Assembly (NCBI RefSeq): GCF_032444005.1
Contig: NC_091282.1
Location: 476,284,001 to 476,348,000, forward strand
Length of the DNA: 64,000 nt
Direction: 5' to 3'
From: Ranitomeya imitator
Taxonomy: Eukaryota
The notes under the pieces are model-generated. The model was not told the DNA's origin. It saw only the letters and a program-made list of their open reading frames with translations, and ran no database searches. A program made the translations under genes and the position numbers. The first letter of the stretch is position 1; each line of letters opens with the position of its first letter. Shown piece after piece: positions 61,700 through 64,000 of the stretch.

Positions 61700-62617
61700 G
61701 TGTGAGAACTTATAGATGCCTCTCCATTACAAAGGTGACATCAGCCCCACAAATATGAACCCCATTTGCCACCACTACAGGGCAAGTGGGAAGAGTGAGG
61801 CTAAGCGCCAGATTTGGGGGATGGAGAGTTGAAAACTTCCAGGGAACGCTGTAGACATGGTCGGTGACATTGCTGGAGGTGGTGATGTTGCTGTCATATT
61901 CTCTCTTTGCAGGGAGGCCCTGTTGAACGTGACCGAGAGGAAGATTCCGAGAGTGCAGCAAAAGAGGGAGCAGGAGGAGACTAAGATTTGTCATGCTTTT
62001 TAAGATGTGTACTCCACTGTACTCCATACTTGGATTTGAGATACTTGATCATGCAGGTGGTGCTCCGGTTTAGAATATTTATGGCTCGCTTGAAGCAGCT
62101 GGCCTTGACTATATTGGGGGAAGAAGCCCAACGCCAGGGAGCTCCTTTGAGTTGGCTTCTGGGTGACTCATTCCCTTGGCGCATAGGGACAGTACCAGAC
62201 GATGTACTGGCTATGGGCCGGCCGCTGTGCTTTTCCATCCTGGCCCCTGTTTTGCTGTGCTGGTCGGAAAGTGTGACCACCTCCTCTTCCACCGAACTTC
62301 ACACGTCACATAGTTCCTTTGATCCATGTGGGGTTAAGGACCTCATCATCTTCCACTCAGTCCTGACCTCTGCCCTCCTTTATACAGACAGGGTCACATG
62401 GTACGCCGGCCAATCACAGTCATGCCAGTTCTTGGCATGGCTATGATGGCTCCTGAAGTGCCCACAGCCAAAAAACTTGTTGATTGGCTTTATTCAGCTG
62501 GTGGACCCAAACATTATGATGGGCTTCTTGGAAAAAGTCAGTGTTCGGGGTCCGTGCACCGGCGCTAGAAGTCCGGTACGAACCCCGAACTTTACAGTTC
62601 GGGTTCGTTCGTCACTA
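61700..62617 (-). mobile_element. Degenerate hAT element end with BED-finger remnant
   Basis: Minus terminus tagtgacgaacgaacccgaactgtaaagttcgggg. Frame reads CFKRAINILNRSTTCMIKYLKSKYGVQW, a decayed BED zinc finger. Confidence 0.55.
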
Positions 62618-63238
62618 TTCCTAACACCATTTGTTGTAAGAACCACGTTCACTAAGGGCAATAACTACATATGTGTACAATATATAATATATAGTGCTTT
62701 TAAATTTGTGAACCATTTAAGAGTTTCAATTTTTCTGACTAAACTTGACCTAAAACTTTAAACACAAATAATAAAAGTAGATAGAGAACCAAATCAAGGA
62801 AATGAATAAAAAATATTAGACTTTGCTATTTTTTAACCCCATAGTGACCTTGCCAAATTTTTTAAATCTGACCAGTGTCCCTTTATGTGGTAATAACTCT
62901 GAAATGCTTCAGCAAATCTCAATGATTCTGAGACTGTTTTTTCGTGGCACATTGCAATTTATGATCATGGTAAATTTAGATTGAAATGTTTTGTGTTTAT
63001 TTATAAAAAATATCAGAAATTTGACAACCATGTAAAAAAATAGCAATTTTCAAACTATGAAAAATTATCCCTTTAATCCAAATAGTCATGCCACAGAAAA
63101 ACATTAATAAATAACATTTTCCTCATGTCTGCTTTACATCAGCACCATTTGTAAAATGTTCTTTTATTTTGTTAGCATTTAGGAGGTATAAAAATGTAGC
63201 AATAATTTTTCAATTTTCAAGGAAATTTACAAAATGTA

Positions 63239-64000
63239 CCGTATTTTTCTGACCATAAGACGCACTTTTTTCCTCCAAATTTGGGAGGAAAGTGTGGGTG
63301 CGTCTTATGGTATGGATGTAGCACGTGGGGAGGGGGGCAGCAGTGAGTGGGATCGCACTGTTATCCCACTTCAGGATGTCCCCGCTGCCTGGAATTAGTG
63401 CTGGGGAAAGCATGTGGTCCCGATGATTAAGTGCAGTGAATATTCATTAGCTACTCCCTGCCCACCTATCAGCTGAGTGGTGAGCCCCCAGAGGCAAATG
63501 AATACTGCACTTAAGCAGGGACACACATGGCTTCCCCAGCGCTGATTCCTGCAGCAGCTGGGGAGATCTGTGTGTCCGGGGGAGAGGAGGCAGCAGCAGG
63601 GTCCGGGGGAGAGGAGATCGCTGTACCTTCCTGGGCTGGAGCTGAGTGCTGTGCAGTGTGCACAAGGAGGACCTGTGATGATGTCAGAAGTGGGCGGGCT
63701 GGAGCATCACATGGCAGCACAGAGCCCTCCCTCTTCTTGACATCATCACAGGTCCTTCAGACTCCAACACTAGAATCTGCTGGCTTCCATTACCTGTGCT
63801 GTGGAAAAGCAACAAGAGGGAGGGCTCTGTTTGCAGTCATGGGATGCTTTTACCTCACCACAGTGTGGCTGGCTGCCACAATTAAGAGGTTAGTCTTTCC
63901 AAAACACAATAAAGCACTCTGCCACTTCTTTAGTGAACTATAACTCCCAGCATGTCATAGGATCTGCAGGACAAGCTGGGAGTTATAGTTCTCCCATTGG
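63239..64000. mobile_element. Tc2/pogo-like MITE, left part
   Basis: TA|ccgtatttttctgaccataagacgcac. The right end was not identified within the window. Confidence 0.6.

Noticed and set aside
42866-64000. Nested LRRC19 gene (inside IFT74 in mammals) and further IFT74 exons
   Set aside because: No LRR-coding exon, and no further IFT74 exon 5' of the 60578-60631 exon, was found. They probably lie beyond the window end.

Overview
Vertebrate genomic DNA, most likely from a frog (inferred from the TE families and the protein divergence). Two host genes lie on the minus strand. The last seven coding exons of IFT74 span 60631 to 37087. The first coding exon and conserved promoter/5'UTR of TEK (Tie2) lie at about 2182 to 1876. 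This is the same IFT74-then-TEK order as in mammals. The 35-kb intergenic region and the introns are packed with nested transposons: Tc1, hAT, piggyBac, Chapaev-like, Helitron, CR1, V-SINE, Gypsy and DIRS remnants, many MITEs and minisatellites. The standout is a complete 13.4-kb PIF/Harbinger element (9594-22977) with 55-bp TIRs and a TAA TSD. Besides a spliced, nearly intact transposase it carries four spliced accessory genes: three paralogous Myb/SANT-like + coiled-coil genes and one MADF/BESS-like gene. One paralog has a tandem array of symmetric 87-nt cassette exons. The two closest paralogs show a conserved DNA-binding exon but a strongly diversified coiled-coil exon. All coordinates, splice models and difference counts were read by hand. 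Family assignments come from recalled motifs, not database searches.
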